DNA of 64,000 nucleotides from Octopus bimaculoides (taxonomy: Eukaryota): the NCBI RefSeq assembly GCF_001194135.2, contig NC_068991.1:4500384-4564383 (forward strand), read 5' to 3'. How positions within the stretch are numbered: the first letter of the stretch is position 1; each line of letters begins with the position of its first letter. The position numbers and the translations under genes are program-made. The notes under the pieces were generated by a model. The model had not been told where the DNA came from and searched no databases. It was given only the letters and a program-made list of their open reading frames with translations. This document shows, one piece after another, positions 38,130 through 52,688 of the stretch.

Positions 38130-38338
38130 TCAGATTTTGGCCCAAGGCCAGCAATTTAAGAGAAGGGAATAAGTCGATTGCATCGCCCCCTGTACTCAAC
38201 TGGTACTTATTTCATCGATCCCGAAAGGATGGAAAGCAAAGTCGACATCCGCGGAATTTGAACTCAGAACATAAAGACAGACGAAATTCTGCTAAGCGTT
38301 TAGCTCGGCGTGATAACGTTTCTGCCAGGTCGCTGCTT
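38130..38338 (-). mobile_element. SINE family A
   Basis: actcaactggtacttatttcatcgatcccgaaaggatggaaagcaaagtcgacatccgcggaatttgaactcagaac...ctgccaggtcgc. Confidence 0.85.
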
Positions 38339-39679
38339 TAGTGTAGTCGAATATTAAGAAGGTCTTGTGTAAGGTAGTCGTACATAAATTATGTTTATAT
38401 AAAAGACAGAAAGTGCCGAAGCTTTTACAGTTTGGATCATTCATTTGCTCTGTTTGTTACGTTACGGCTAATTAACAATATTGCTCTAACGAATCATATA
38501 AAAGGATGTCAAAGCGGTCGTGCGAATGGGTACTATATCAAGTGGATATAATATCAAAACATTTTCATCCATGACCTTCTCTTAGGACTAAACAGTTAAT
38601 ATATACATATATCCCCTTTGTATTACATGGCAATTTTAGAGTAATGTTGATACTTTTCTCAGCATCTATGGAATGAATAATAAAACAAAAAACGGTGTAC
38701 TACAGCAAAGATTTTAAAACCAATGTTATTTCCGTCAATCCTATTCCTGACTTTTTATTATAAAACATAAGTCTTCTAAAATATTTGCCAGTAAGAGAAA
38801 TGATTACATCCTTTACTTAAATATCGTTTCTGACTTTCTCTCATTAAATTATTTTCCACTCGGGTTTCTATACGGTCTCCCGTATTGTACGTGTAATTGG
38901 ATCTAAACTTTATATTTCAAATAAATCATACGTAATGTGTACGTTAAACAGTTTCCAAAACTTGTTTGTATATATACCTAGTGTACGAGAACTAAAACCA
39001 GATTTGATATAGTGGCTTGCCATTTATCATAGCCTGTTGCATCATGTAGCAATACGATTTTGTCATTAGTTCTCCTATAAATAAACGCATTTATATGCAT
39101 AGACCTATGGGTATGATACAAGATTATTCTGATTAAAAAAGCTAGTAGATTCCAGCTGGTGTATGAGAGCGTTAATAAATGGTTAGGGTACGTAAATAAA
39201 TAACTAGTTTTCGAAATAAAAGCCCAAAGATATAATATCTGTATCCAATTTGATATCAAACCATAACTAAAGTGTTCCAAATCGAAAGTGGGTACAAGTT
39301 CAGTTAATACAGAAATGGACGTAAATTTAATGCTTATTATAACTCAATCAGAACTATAATGCTACACTGGTTATGGATGTTAATACATAATTATTCTGGT
39401 AACCAAGATGGAAATGGTTTTATGTAGAACGTTTATATAACTGATCACTCTTACTCTATCTTCTATTGCTGAGCTAAGATTTTGTGAAGGGAGACTAAAC
39501 AACAGGATGTTCTATATGTGGACGTGCATTAAACTATTTAATCCTTAACCAGACGCCATTTATGTGATATTTCGTAGAAAACTTTTATTAAACTTAGATA
39601 AACTGATGACCAAAACCAACTGTTTATTACAGTGTGGGTGCAACACATATTATCTTAACATGTTTTACATCCCCTTTCC

Positions 39680-39710
<31 letters not shown>

Positions 39711-40601
39711 NNNNNNNNNNNNNNNNNNNNNNNNNNNNNNNNNNNNNNNNNNNNNNNNNNNNNNNNNNNNNNNNNNNNNNNNNNNNNNNNNNNNNNNNNN
39801 NNNNNNNNNNNNNNNNNNNNNNNNNNNNNNNNNNNNNNNNNNNNNNNNNNNNNNNNNNNNNNNNNNNNNNNNNNNNNNNNNNNNNNNNNNNNNNNNNNNN
39901 NNNNNNNNNNNNATATATATATGTTCTTACATCTAACAACTCAGAAATTTCCCTCCAATTCCACACCAGTTACACCAGACGTCTTCTATATATTATCTAA
40001 TTTAACGAGAATTTAAACATATTTCACATAGCCAACTGGATTATTCTTGACAAACAAAATAATCCTAGGCCAAACTAATGTATAATTTGACAGATAACCA
40101 CTATTTCTTACGTAGCAAGCTGACATAAAGTTAATTGTTTCTTGTCAAAGTACAATATCTATGAACCAATGATTAAATACTTTTAAAACATGCATTCGAA
40201 TCTTATACACATAGGTTTACATTCATTATGTAATGTATCCGTTCTTTTTCCAGGCTGGAGAAGTGTTGCTGTCACACACAAAAAAGAGTATTAAACAAGA
40301 GTTTAACATATTGTTTCTGTAAAACACCTGAGTGTATTCTCTAGAAAAAAAAAACAATATGTACGTTTCATCATTCATCGTTATAAAGACAAAGAGTATA
40401 CCTGTAATTTCATTCAGAATGTCTTAATACATTGTCCTTGTGCTTTTGTATGAGGCTTCCTGTAATCCGGCAATAAAAGATTTATGATACTTATCGTATT
40501 TCATAGTATATAACAGGCACTATTTTTCAAAATAAAATGTCGTAAAAATTTCTGCGAGTTCCATATACGAATATCCACCATATACGAATATCCACTTAAA
40601 T

Positions 40602-40648
<47 letters not shown>

Positions 40649-40842
40649 CGTTTTTTCTTCGAGAATAAGCGCTGCTGAAATTGGAATGCTACTTATATAC
40701 CCGAGTATTCCTTATGCCATCAAATACATTATCTTGCATAAGAAAGTGTTTACATCATATTTACATATTCCTACTTAAACCATACTAAATATATTTTCTT
40801 CCTTGTTAACACAGAGTGTGGTTTATGCAGGAAATATTTCTT

Positions 40843-41172
40843 AGTCGATGAGATCGACCTCAGCACGCAACTGGTACTTAATTTATCGTCCACGAAAGGA
40901 TAAAAATGCAAGGTCGACCTCGGCGGAATTTGAACTAAGAACGTAGAGACAGACGAAAAACCCCTAAGCATTTCGCCCGGCATGCTAACGTTTCTTATTT
41001 CTTTATTGCCCACAAGGGGCTAAACATAGAAGAGACAAACAAGGAAAGACAAAGGGATTAAGTCGATTACATCGACACCAGTGCGTGGCTGGTACTTAAT
41101 TTAACGACCACAAAAGGATTGATGTCAAAGTCGACCTCGGCGGATTTTGAACTCAGAAAGTAACGGCAGACG
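40843..41172 (-). mobile_element. Two adjacent SINE family A copies (~40843-40992, 40995-41172)
   Basis: gtcgacctcggcggaatttgaactaagaacg and gtcgacctcggcggattttgaactcagaaag cores. Confidence 0.85.
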
Positions 41173-41382
41173 AGTTGTGTTTGCTAAAGATCGGTTAGGA
41201 AGTTGTCGAAGTTGATTTCGTAAAATTTTTTCGAATAAAATTTCCAAAATGGTATTGTTGCTGATGTTTGCTTTCGTTGTTGCATGGCGGCATTTTGTGT
41301 AGTTTGTGATTGTGGAAATTTACTTCGTTTAATAGCTAATAATCTTTGACAATATCATTTAAAAGCCAATAGATTTTGGCTA

Positions 41383-41495
41383 GGCGGCGGGCTGGCAGAA
41401 CCGTCAGCACGCTGGGCGAAATGCTTAACTGTATTTCGTCTGTCTTTACGTTCTGAGCTCAAAATCTGCCGAGGTTGACTTTCGGGGTTGATAAA
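41383..41495 (+). mobile_element. SINE family A head, plus orientation
   Basis: ggcggcgggctggcagaaccgtcagcacgctgggcgaaatgctt...ttctgagctcaaaatctgccgaggttgactttcggggttgataa. Confidence 0.85.
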
Positions 41496-41880
41496 AATGT
41501 GCATGAGTCTGGCTCTGGACTGCCAAAAACAAACCGTAAAATTAGTGATTTAACTTGAAGAAACATAGCAAGAGAGACAAATTATGGCATCGCAGACCTG
41601 GTTGCATTTGTGAATGAGCATGAACCTAAATTTCTTCNNNNNNNNNNNNNNNNNNNNNNNNNNNNNNNNNNNNNNNNNNNNNNNNNNNNNNNNNNNNNNN
41701 NNNNNNNNNNNNNNNNNNNNNNNNNNNNNNNNNNNNNNNNNNNNNNNNNNNNNNNNNNNNNNNNNNNNNNNNNNNNNNNNNNNNNNNNNNNNNNNNNNNN
41801 NNNNNNNNNNNNNNNNNNNNNNNNNNNNNNNNNNNNNNNNNNNNNNNNNNNNNNNNNNNNNNNNNNNNNNNNNNNNNNNN

Positions 41881-41916
<36 letters not shown>

Positions 41917-43004
41917 AATACATCCTTTTGTTATTTACACCACCTGTCCTCGTCTGTTATTGTTTTTTCGTACATTCTCCCATATATATACCTATAAATT
42001 TTTATGCATGCCTATATATGTATATATGCATGTATGTGTATATTAAAGACCATGCACACATGTGCTAAGTATAAGCAGCACATTTTCACGTGAGGGTGAT
42101 ATTAATTTTCCAGAATATTCTAAATGTTCTCTGTATTTTATAGGAATTGTTTGTCTCCTTTTTTTCAATCCCTGTTTTATAAACGCTTCCCTTCGAAACT
42201 GTACGCCATGGTGTAACTTATGTAATATTCGTAACAAATAAAACGAAATATTTCTATACGTGCGTTTTGTGTGTGTGCGTATCTGTTCGTCCATCCGTAC
42301 ATAAATGCACTGCTACGCAATATAATAATTAATATTAATACTTAATTAAAAAATTATCTGTATCTTCCCGGATGCACTCATAATTAAGTAATTTCTCACT
42401 TGCAAATAGTGTGGAGCGCTCTCAGTTTTCGTTATGTTTAACACCCTGTTCCTAAAAAGGACGTCAAGTCGCCAATCCGAAAGTTACCTTGGGAGTTCAG
42501 GACTCGCTTCTATCGCTCAAATTTAAACGACTGCGTGAAATTTATTGGAGGCCAGTGAAAATGTAACGTTTACGTTATTAAACTCATCATTCTAATATAT
42601 TATCCGCTATTAGAAATGGACTAATGACAACTATCGCTTCTAGTAAGGTTACGTTTGAGACACCATTATGACTTAGCATTCTGTACAATTAATTAGGATT
42701 TAAACAAGCTGCCAGCAATTCGTTTATTGTTTGTATTTGTAAGTAAAGTCGTATTATCGAAGTTGGTTTGCCATACAGTGTTATAACAAAGACATTGTTA
42801 TCTGTCGCTGGAAATATTGTCCAATCAATAATAAAAGCAAGACATAAAGATTATCATACTGACCAAATAATTGTAAGAACATACAAGAGAAACGCTGGAT
42901 AATTTATAATTGGAACATTTTTTTTCCAAAATCTAAGTAAAAAGTAAATATCGTGTGTACATACATGTATATGAAGATCCTGTTGCTGGATGGTGTGCCG
43001 TTGC

Positions 43005-43089
<85 letters not shown>

Positions 43090-43269
43090 GTATAGGTAGA
43101 GAATAAAATTTATAATTATAATAGAGGCCACACAAGGACCCTACTTGCTAGAAAGAAGAGTTAAGTCCGCAACTAAACTACCGAATTACAGAGAGATATA
43201 CAACGGGTCAACAGGAATCGGGCAAACGATCAAAGGTTAACAAAAGCATCATAGCTCAAAGCTGTAAAG

Positions 43270-43490
43270 TGGAGAATCTGGTATACCTGGATCATGATTT
43301 CGAACTCTGGCTACGGACTTAAATACACCTTGACATTGCTGGTAAACTGGGATAGTGGTTGCGTGACTTCCTTAAAAACAGAAGTCAGGTAGTTGCAGCT
43401 AATGATGCCCTTTTTGAGGATATCCAAATCCTAAGTGGCGTCTCTCAGGGAACTGTTCTCGGGGAATTTCTGTTCATAATAGCCCTCGTT
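43270..43490 (+). mobile_element. CR1/L2-type LINE reverse-transcriptase fragment (pseudogenised)
   Basis: ENLVYLDHD...LDIAGKLG*WLRDFLKNRSQVVAAND...ILSGVSQGTVLGEFLFII matches RT 'FL.NR.Q.V.VNG...SGVPQGTVLGPLLF'; in-frame stops. Confidence 0.85.
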
Positions 43491-44940
43491 GTCTTAAATG
43501 GAGGTATAAAATCACAGTAATGTTGACTGGCTGTCTGCCAAGCAGTACACCATGTTGTCTCCAAAATTCTGGCAGAGTGTATTGCGTCACGGTGCTGCTT
43601 TTCTCACAACGGTGCTCAACTGACCCTACTATACTCTGTAGTCGACTAAATCAAAATCAATGAGTGCGCATGCACGAAATTAAAAATAGAAAAATGGTGG
43701 CAAGTTATCCATCGTAGGTTGTATATATTCACACGTAAATGTGTGTGTACGTAGAAATATGTTGAATGAAATGTAATATATCTAAGCTTACATTCATTCT
43801 CGATGTAATTTCATATTTTACATGGCTGAATGCCATCCCTGTTTTATTAATAAATACAGTTATTAATTTTGAATTTTAGAACTTCATACGTGTGAGTAAA
43901 TTATATATAGTATAATTATGCTGTTGTGTGACATTGTTTGTGTGTTCTTTTCACTGTTTGGTTGTTTTGCCTAATATTTATGATCATTGTTATCAACAGA
44001 TATAATCTTACAAACAGCGTGATAATACGTCATAAAATATGCGACACACAGAGAAATAAGCGATGAAAACATGAGTATTATAGACACACGCTCATTATGA
44101 TGCTGCAATGATAAATAATTGTTTAGAAATTAAATACATTTGCCAGACACGATACACATTCAATTTTATCAATAATGCGGTTATCTTCACACATTCTAAA
44201 GCATGGAGAATGTGTTTGAAGGGAAACATTCAGAACAATATTTTAAAAATTTCTAATCATAAACACCCTACACTAAATAACAATCAGTACAATAAAAAAA
44301 AACTTTGAGATCGAAGGCAAAAATGGTTAATGAGTGCATATGCTATATCTCGGGGTTGCTGACCCTTCATCAGTGACCATCTAACCGACTTTCACTTCCA
44401 AACACATTGCTTATATAGCCACTGCCTACAGCGATTAAGTTATTGGATTTACCAATTTACATATTAAGCGCATTCTTGGAGCTGATATATAAACATTAAT
44501 GATTAGTAGGTACTTAATACTTCGGTATGTAAACATAATCGACTATAAATCATATTAAATGTTTTTATAAGTTAACACCACGTCTTAGCCCTAAAGCTAG
44601 AGTGAGAGACACACACACAGAGAAACAGAGATACACTTCAGGTGTACATGAATGTATGTCCCTCTGTGTCTGTCTTAGTATATGTAAGTGTATGTCAAAC
44701 TCGATGTGTATGCGACTGTATGTGTGTGTGACTGTAAGTGTAATAACCCCACTTATGTTAGTGCTGTTGACACCGCCGGATTGAATGGTACAGCTCAGAT
44801 GTCGAAACCATAATGACATCTGTGAAGCAGCTGATGATGGAGGTATGTTGGTTTGTTGGTGTGGCAGTTTTTGTATATGTGGAATAGTATTATCGGATAG
44901 TTGGTATGATTGTTGAATAGTATTATAACACATTCGTTTG

Positions 44941-44977
<37 letters not shown>

Positions 44978-44999
44978 TGTATATATATATATATGTGTG

Positions 45000-45033
<34 letters not shown>

Positions 45034-45240
45034 TATANNNNNNNNNNNNNNNNNNNNNNNNNNNNNNNNNNNNNNNNNNNNNNNNNNNNNNNNNNNNNNN
45101 NNNNNNNNNNNNNNNNNNNNNNNNNNNNNNNNNNNNNNNNNNNNNNNNNNNNNNNNNNNNNNNNNNNNNNNNNNNNNNNNNNNNNNNNNNNNNNNNNNNN
45201 NNNNNNNNNNNNNNNNNNNNNNNNNNNNNNNNNNNNNNNN

Positions 45241-45289
<49 letters not shown>

Positions 45290-47320
45290 CCTCTCTCTCT
45301 TTTCCTGTCCCTCCATATCCACACTGTCTCTGTTTCTATACTTATATTCAAAAATACTACGAATCACACACACAAATAGAAACACAGATATTTGTGGGTG
45401 TGTCTTACGTTATTTCAGCGAAAGTTAAGATGGAGCCTAGTTCAAGCTGAAGAACGCATTATAGAATTATTAATGTAAATTCAATTTATCTCTCTGATGA
45501 TAAAATTTCAGACTCAGCAGCGATTTTGTTTTTTTCATGCAACATGTAAGTGCATCGTTTTGGTAGATTTCGATGTCATTGTTATATTTATTGCTTTATA
45601 ATAAATTCTTCACGGTTTTCCTTATACCCTCAATCCATTTTCGTAATATATTTTTATTACACAGCATTCTAGTTGATTACCTTTCAAATATCTGTTAAAT
45701 CACATAACTTCAACTCTTTTCCTTTCCTTTATTACTTATGTTGATAAATTTACATATATGTTAAATTGTTTTGTTGAATCAGCTAAAATTTAGGAGTTTA
45801 TCATTGAATGGCGACGCATATTAGTATTTCGTATTTCCTTTCTGTTTTTGAATTAGTATTTTGTTTTGTGTAAACAATACAATGGAGAATTTCATGATTA
45901 TTGTTCTGGATTTTGGCTTAATGACTCAAGGTTGTGGATGGGATTCACTCATTATGTATAGTAATATCTGGGATCATTTATATATATAGTAACCCCCCGC
46001 CCCCCCAAAAAAACTCGAGAACACAAGAAAAAAGCAACAACGCGTGGACGTGGTACATGCAAGGTATTAGCAGAAGCTCAGGGAAGGAAAGAAAAGTGGT
46101 TTTAACGTTTCGAGCAAAGCATTTATATATANNNNNNNNNNNNNNNNNNNNNNNNNNNNNNNNNNNNNNNNNNNNNNNNNNNNNNNNNNNNNNNNNNNNN
46201 NNNNNNNNNNNNNNNNNNNNNNNNNNNNNNNNNNNNNNNNNNNNNNNNNNNNNNNNNNNNNNNNNNNNNNNNNNNNNNNNNNNNNNNNNNNNNNNNNNNN
46301 NNNNNNNNNNNNNNNNNNNNNNNNNNNNNNNNNNNNNNNNNNNNNNNNNNNNNNNNNNNNNNNNNNNNNNNNNNNNNNNNNNNNNNNNNNNNNNNNNNNN
46401 NNNNNNNNNNNNNNNNNNNNNNNNNNNNNNNNNNNNNNNNNNNNNNNNNNNNNNNNNNNNNNNNNNNNNNNNNNNNNNNNNNNNNNNNNNNNNNNNNNNN
46501 NNNNNNNNNNNNNNNNNNNNNNNNNNNNNNNNNNNNNNNNNNNNNNNNNNNNNNNNNNNNNNNNNNNNNNNNNNNNNNNNNNNNNNNNNNNNNNNNNNNN
46601 NNNNNNNNNNNNNNNNNNNNNNNNNNNNNNNNNNNNNNNNNNNNNNNNNNNNNNNNNNNNNNNNNNNNNNNNNNNNNNNNNNNNNNNNNNNNNNNNNNNN
46701 NNNNNNNNNNNNNNNNNNNNNNNNNNNNNNNNNNNNNNNNNNNNNNNNNNNNNNNNNNNNNNNNNNNNNNNNNNNNNNNNNNNNNNNNNNNNNNNNNNNN
46801 NNNNNNNNNNNNNNNNNNNNNNNNNNNNNNNNNNNNNNNNNNNNNNNNNNNNNNNNNNNNNNNNNNNNNNNNNNNNNNNNNNNNNNNNNNNNNNNNNNTA
46901 TATAAAACAAATTTGTGATAAATTTTAGTAATACGTGTAAAATTACACACAGACACATGTATTCAGTTATAGTTAAAACAATTTATTTTAAAATAATCTT
47001 ATAAACTTACGGGTTCCTCTATACTTTTACAGAGTGCAAATCTATTATTCTTAATAATAAATATCATTGTGAGTAATTTCGAAGTTTCCTCCAGTTAATG
47101 CATTGCGTAAATGACCGAAATTTCGAAGCTTCTATCAACAATAGTCGTTTTCAAGAATAACGTATACATGTGTGTGTGTGTGTGCGCATGTGTGTGTGCG
47201 CATGTGTGTGTGTGTGTGTGTGTGAGTGTGTGATTTATTGTGTACAGGTATGTGTATAGGATTATTTATATTAATGTATATATGTATGTATAAATTATCT
47301 TTATCATAATTGTGCGTTGA

Positions 47321-47530
47321 AATATTCTTTTCTACTCTAGACACAAGGCTCGAAATTTTTGAGGAGGAGGCCAGTCGATTAGATCGACCCCAGTACATAA
47401 CTGGTACTTTATTTACCGAACCCGAAAGGATGAAAGGCAAAGTCGACCTCGGCGGAATTTGAACTCAGAACGTAACGGCTGACGAAATACCGCTAAGCAT
47501 TTCGCTAACGATTCTGCCAGGCCGCCGCCT
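47321..47530 (-). mobile_element. SINE family A, near full length and little diverged
   Basis: atattcttttctactctagacacaagg...cgaaaggatgaaaggcaaagtcgacctcggcggaatttgaactcagaacg...ctgccaggccgccgcc. Confidence 0.9.
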
Positions 47531-48314
47531 TCTGCCTTGAAAATTATTATTGTATTGATTATAACGAACATTTAATCTCTATCACATGATAATTGTAATA
47601 GTGCTCGTACTGTCCTTACATTGGCTCACATACTTTTTTTCCGGTTCTCTGTGTGATTCCTCACGATATATTTTATTAAGTAATGCAGATAATATCCCAC
47701 AGTTTGATGTAGACATTTTACATCTTGTACCATGCATTATTTATAATTCTGTATTGAAACCTATTGACATATACTTATCTATACCTCTGTCTATATAGAT
47801 GGCTTGCTATCTGTTACTTAGCGTGTCTTCCTATGTATATAATATCCGTATATTTGTCTGGGTTTTTCTTCCTCTTTGTCTCAGACACTCCATATCTTAA
47901 CTCCTACTCACAGACATACACATATACAATCCCCTCGAATTGTGTATAATATATATNNNNNNNNNNNNNNNNNNNNNNNNNNNNNNNNNNNNNNNNNNNN
48001 NNNNNNNNNNNNNNNNNNNNNNNNNNNNNNNNNNNNNNNNNNNNNNNNNNNNNNNNNNNNNNNNNNNNNNNNNNNNNNNNNNNNNNNNNNNNNNNNNNNN
48101 NNNNNNNNNNNNNNNNNNNNNNNNNNNNNNNNNNNNNNNNNNNNNNNNNNNNNNNNNNNNNNNNNNNNNNNNNNNNNNNNNNNNNNNNNNNNNNNNNNNN
48201 NNNNNNNNNNNNNNNNNNNNNNNNNNNNNNNNNNNNNNNNNNNNNNNNNNNNNNNNNNNNNNNNNNNNNNNNNNNNNNNNNNNNNNNNNNNNNNNNNNNN
48301 NNNNNNNNNNNNNN

Positions 48315-48345
<31 letters not shown>

Positions 48346-48411
48346 TATATACATATGTATATGTGTATATAGGTATGTATATATTCTTTTTTTCTTTTCA
48401 AACATTTACAC

Positions 48412-48745
48412 GTTTCAGTCATTTGACTGCAGCCATGCGGGAGCACCACATTCAGTCGAATAAATAGACCACAGTACTTATTCGTTGTAAGCCAAGTACT
48501 TATTCTATCGGTGTTTTTGCCGAACCGCTAATTTACGGGGACGTAAATACACCAACATCGCTTGTGAAGCAATGGTAGAGGGACAGACACAGACACATAT
48601 AACACACACACATATATATCTATATATATATAAATATATATGACAGCTTTCTCTAGCTTACCGTCTACCAAATCCACTCAGCCCAAAGCTATAGTAGAAG
48701 ACACCTGCTACAACATGGTTCTGGACCCAGAACCATGTTGTTGAG
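48412..48745 (-). mobile_element. SINE family B (tail + microsatellite + partially deleted head)
   Basis: ttcagtcatttgactgcagccatgcgggagcacc...gccgaaccgcta...ccgtctaccaaatccactc...ctatagtagaagacac...agaaccatg. Confidence 0.85.
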
Positions 48746-49224
48746 AATCAAGCAAAGTTCGCACTTTCTAATATAGCATCTTACTCTTATCAAACGTAAG
48801 ACACTTAACGGTATCGGAAGTTATTAGTTTTCAGCATGAAATCTCAAACATCTTCAGAGTTCGTAATGCAAGTCCATGCCTATTATTTGCTAGACACATC
48901 ACTTACTTCTACATTGTTTCAGCGAAGTTCTCCATTTTCAAATATATAGCTGTCTCCTGAGATGCACAAAATACAAAAGTGGTTAAAATCCTGATGGAAT
49001 AGTTTACATCTTTTGCACCAGGAAAAAAAAGAAATAATTGTAGACTGTGATATAAAATGCTATAGGTGCAGCTGCAAATATATGCCATATTCGATATTGG
49101 AAACGAAACAGAAAAACGAGGACAAAAGGAAAATATTGCATCCGAGAAAAAATAAAACACGGTTTGTTTTGTTATATTGCATGTCTAAAAACATAACGGC
49201 ATTAATACAAACACACACACAGAC

Positions 49225-49255
<31 letters not shown>

Positions 49256-50301
49256 TATATGTATATATATATATATATACGTATGTATACATACATAAAT
49301 ATATATACATATATATATGTATATATGCATAAATGCATACATATATATATATATTTATGCATATATATANNNNNNNNNNNNNNNNNNNNNNNNNNNNNNN
49401 NNNNNNNNNNNNNNNNNNNNNNNNNNNNNNNNNNNNNNNNNNNNNNNNNNNNNNNNNNNNNNNNNNNNNNNNNNNNNNNNNNNNNNNNNNNNNNNNNNNN
49501 NNNNNNNNNNNNNNNNNNNNNNNNNNNNNNNNNNNNNNNNNNNNNNNNNNNNNNNNNNNNNNNNNNNNNNNNNNNNNNNNNNNNNNNNNNNNNNNNNNNN
49601 NNNNNNNNNNNNNNNNNNNNNNNNNNNNNNNNNNNNNNNNNNNNNNNNNNNNNNNNNNNNNNNNNNNNNNNNNNNNNNNNNNNNNNNNNNNNNNNNNNNN
49701 NNNNNNNNNNNNNNNNNNNNNNNNNNNNNNNNNNNNNNNNNNNNNNNNNNNNNNNNNNNNNNNNNNNNNNNNNNNNNNNNNNNNNNNNNNNNNNNNNNNN
49801 NNNNNNNNNNNNNNNNNNNNNNNNNNNNNNNNNNNNNNNNNNNNNNNNNNNNNNNNNNNNNNNNNNNNNNNNNNNNNNNNNNNNNNNNNNNNNNNNNNNN
49901 NNNNNNNNNNNNNNNNNNNNNNNNNNNNNNNNNNNNNNNNNNNNNNNNNNNNNNNNNNNNNNNNNNNNNNNNNNNNNNNNNNNNNNNNNNNNNNNNNNNN
50001 NNNNNNNNNNNNNNNNNNNNNNNNNNNNNNNNNNNNNNNNNNNNNNNNNNNNNNNNNNNNNNNNNNNNNNNNNNNNNNNNNNNNNNNNNNNNNNNNNNNN
50101 NNNNNNNNNNNNNNNNNNNNNNNNNNNNNNNNNNNNNNNNNNNNNNNNNNNNNNNNNNNNNNNNNNNNNNNNNNNNNNNNNNNNNNNNNNNNNNNNNNNN
50201 NNNNNNNNNNNNNNNNNNNNNNNNNNNNNNNNNNNNNNNNNNNNNNNNNNNNNNNNNNNNNNNNNNNNNNNNNNNNNNNNNNNNNNNNNNNNNNNNNNNN
50301 N

Positions 50302-50354
<53 letters not shown>

Positions 50355-50424
50355 TGTGCGTGCGGGCAAGCGTACATATGGATATGTGATGTGTATAGTC
50401 CTTAGTGTCCAAATATTTACATAC

Positions 50425-50544
50425 AGGGCACGTTATCGAATAAGATGGCAAGATGGCAATGATAAGCAAAGATGTAACCAATGATCTCTGATAGTTATAC
50501 TGGTTGAAAATCTTATCACTTGCTTTTCGTCGACAGGTAGCCAT
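50425..50544 (-). CDS. Candidate first coding exon with signal peptide (MATCRRKASDKIFNQYNYQRSLVTSLLIIAILPSYSITCP)
   Basis: ATG in tttATGG context, basic n-region, hydrophobic LVTSLLIIAIL, donor CCT|gtatgt in phase 0. Confidence 0.38.
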
Positions 50545-50860
50545 AAACTCTGATCGTCTATTTATATAGATTTTAAGCTAATTTTCTATAAGATACATTC
50601 GAGGACGCATTTTCAATGCATTTTTTGGTTTTCTCTTGGGGATGTATGTGATATATATATGATTACGAAGTTTTATATCATGATGACGATTTATATATTC
50701 AATCTAAATTCTCATACACATAATAGAACATTAAAATATGATACTTTGAAAACGTGTTCATAAAGAGAAAGTAAACTTTTAATAATTTGAGTTGATACTA
50801 TCAAATACTCATTACCTTAAACCCGAGGACAGACAGCTGCGTCCATGGAATTTAAAATAC

Positions 50861-50970
50861 GTACTAGGCTTACAAAGTTTCAGTTCTGGGATCGATGGGT
50901 TCGACTAACGGCGGTGCTCCCGCATGGCCGCAGTTACATGACTGAAACAAAAACAAGAATAAAAGAATAT
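50861..50970 (+). mobile_element. SINE family B 3' tail
   Basis: tactaggcttacaaag...gttcgactaacggcggtgctcccgcatggccgcagttacatgactgaaacaa. Confidence 0.8.
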
Positions 50971-51654
50971 ATATTTTTTCATATATATTTAAGTATGTAT
51001 GTATATATTTACATAGGTATCTATCTATATATATATATATATATATACATATATATATTCATATGCATACTTATATTTATATACTTATGTGTATGCATAC
51101 ACATATGTATGTGTACGTGTATACTAACCCTTACCTGTATGTGTGTGCGCGCGTGTGTGTGTGTACGTGTGCGTGTGTGTATCTTTGTGTGTGTGTCTTT
51201 AAGCATATTCATTTTATGCACTACATATATAAAAGATTCTTTTATGACTTGTTGGAAATAAAAATGTATGTCTATAATCTCTCGTTCTTTTTCTCTTTCT
51301 TTTTCGTGTAGCGTTTAAATACTTTTGGCAATAATTTACTTTTCCTAAGACTTCTGACACAAAGTTTAAGGAACAATCTTATTTGGAAGCTACTTTACAA
51401 TAGCGATGTCGAGAAACACCACTTCTTAAAGAAAATACAAACACGCCGAGCTACAGAACATGCTTGGAGTATAATGAAACAAAGAAAAAAAATTAAATAA
51501 ACCTCATAAGAAGAAAAATATCAATCTATGATAATAAAAAAAATCTCCACAAAACAGACGTCACTGGATAGTGTTTCATATAGGAAAAAAAAACGAGTTG
51601 AGTTTCCTTATAAATCATGTCTTAATTCTCATTCCATAGCTTCGCCCTCTATGC

Positions 51655-51736
<82 letters not shown>

Positions 51737-52137
51737 ACACGCACATGCATATATACATCTGGAAGCATGTAAAAGCATATATCATTACACACACATACAC
51801 ATATTTATATATGTATATGCACGTTTTGTGTATACTTATANNNNNNNNNNNNNNNNNNNNNNNNNNNNNNNNNNNNNNNNNNNNNNNNNNNNNNNNNNNN
51901 NNNNNNNNNNNNNNNNNNNNNNNNNNNNNNNNNNNNNNNNNNNNNNNNNNNNNNNNNNNNNNNNNNNNNNNNNNNNNNNNNNNNNNNNNNNNNNNNNNNN
52001 NNNNNNNNNNNNNNNNNNNNNNNNNNNNNNNNNNNNNNNNNNNNNNNNNNNNNNNNNNNNNNNNNNNNNNNNNNNNNNNNNNNNNNNNNNNNNNNNNNNN
52101 NNNNNNNNNNNNNNNNNNNNTATATATATATATATAC

Positions 52138-52170
<33 letters not shown>

Positions 52171-52647
52171 AACATGTATTTGTATATATATATATATATA
52201 TATATGTAGATGGAGTCATACCTAGATAAACATCGAGATAGGCAGTGGTATACAAAACTAAATGATAATACACTTTTTTTTTCATATAAACATGGATGTT
52301 TATATAACAATGCGCACATGTATGAACAATATACCCATATATGTGAGAAGATATTTACGAGTGCACAGCATTGCTATATATTTGTATTTTAATATTTTTA
52401 TCAAATCTATGCGTGCGGTTACTTTGAACAGCAAACATCTGGGAACGTGTAGTTTAGAATTTAAGTCAAGACAGTTTCTGAAATATTATACAGCACTTAT
52501 TTATGATGCCGTTGTATATACAATTATACACCGGTGCATCCTCAAACACTCACAAGCACACACAAAACCACGCGAGTACACACACACACACATACAAATA
52601 CACAGACACACATTCATTAGTCACACGGACACACAATACTTACATAC

Positions 52648-52688
<41 letters not shown>

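Noticed and set aside
40560-40650. 17-bp tandem direct repeat plus a long poly-T run as a retrocopy tail
   Set aside because: No adjacent processed ORF or TSD pair; more likely slippage inside a small DNA-transposon remnant
47630-47748. Apparent paralogue of exon 30069 (119 vs 120 nt, both end KY|gtgagc)
   Set aside because: All frames from the acceptor contain stops and there is no real sequence similarity; probably coincidence
48907-48956. Minus exon with tctcag acceptor and gtaagt donor
   Set aside because: Stops in all three frames; possible only as a non-coding pseudo-exon, and unsupported
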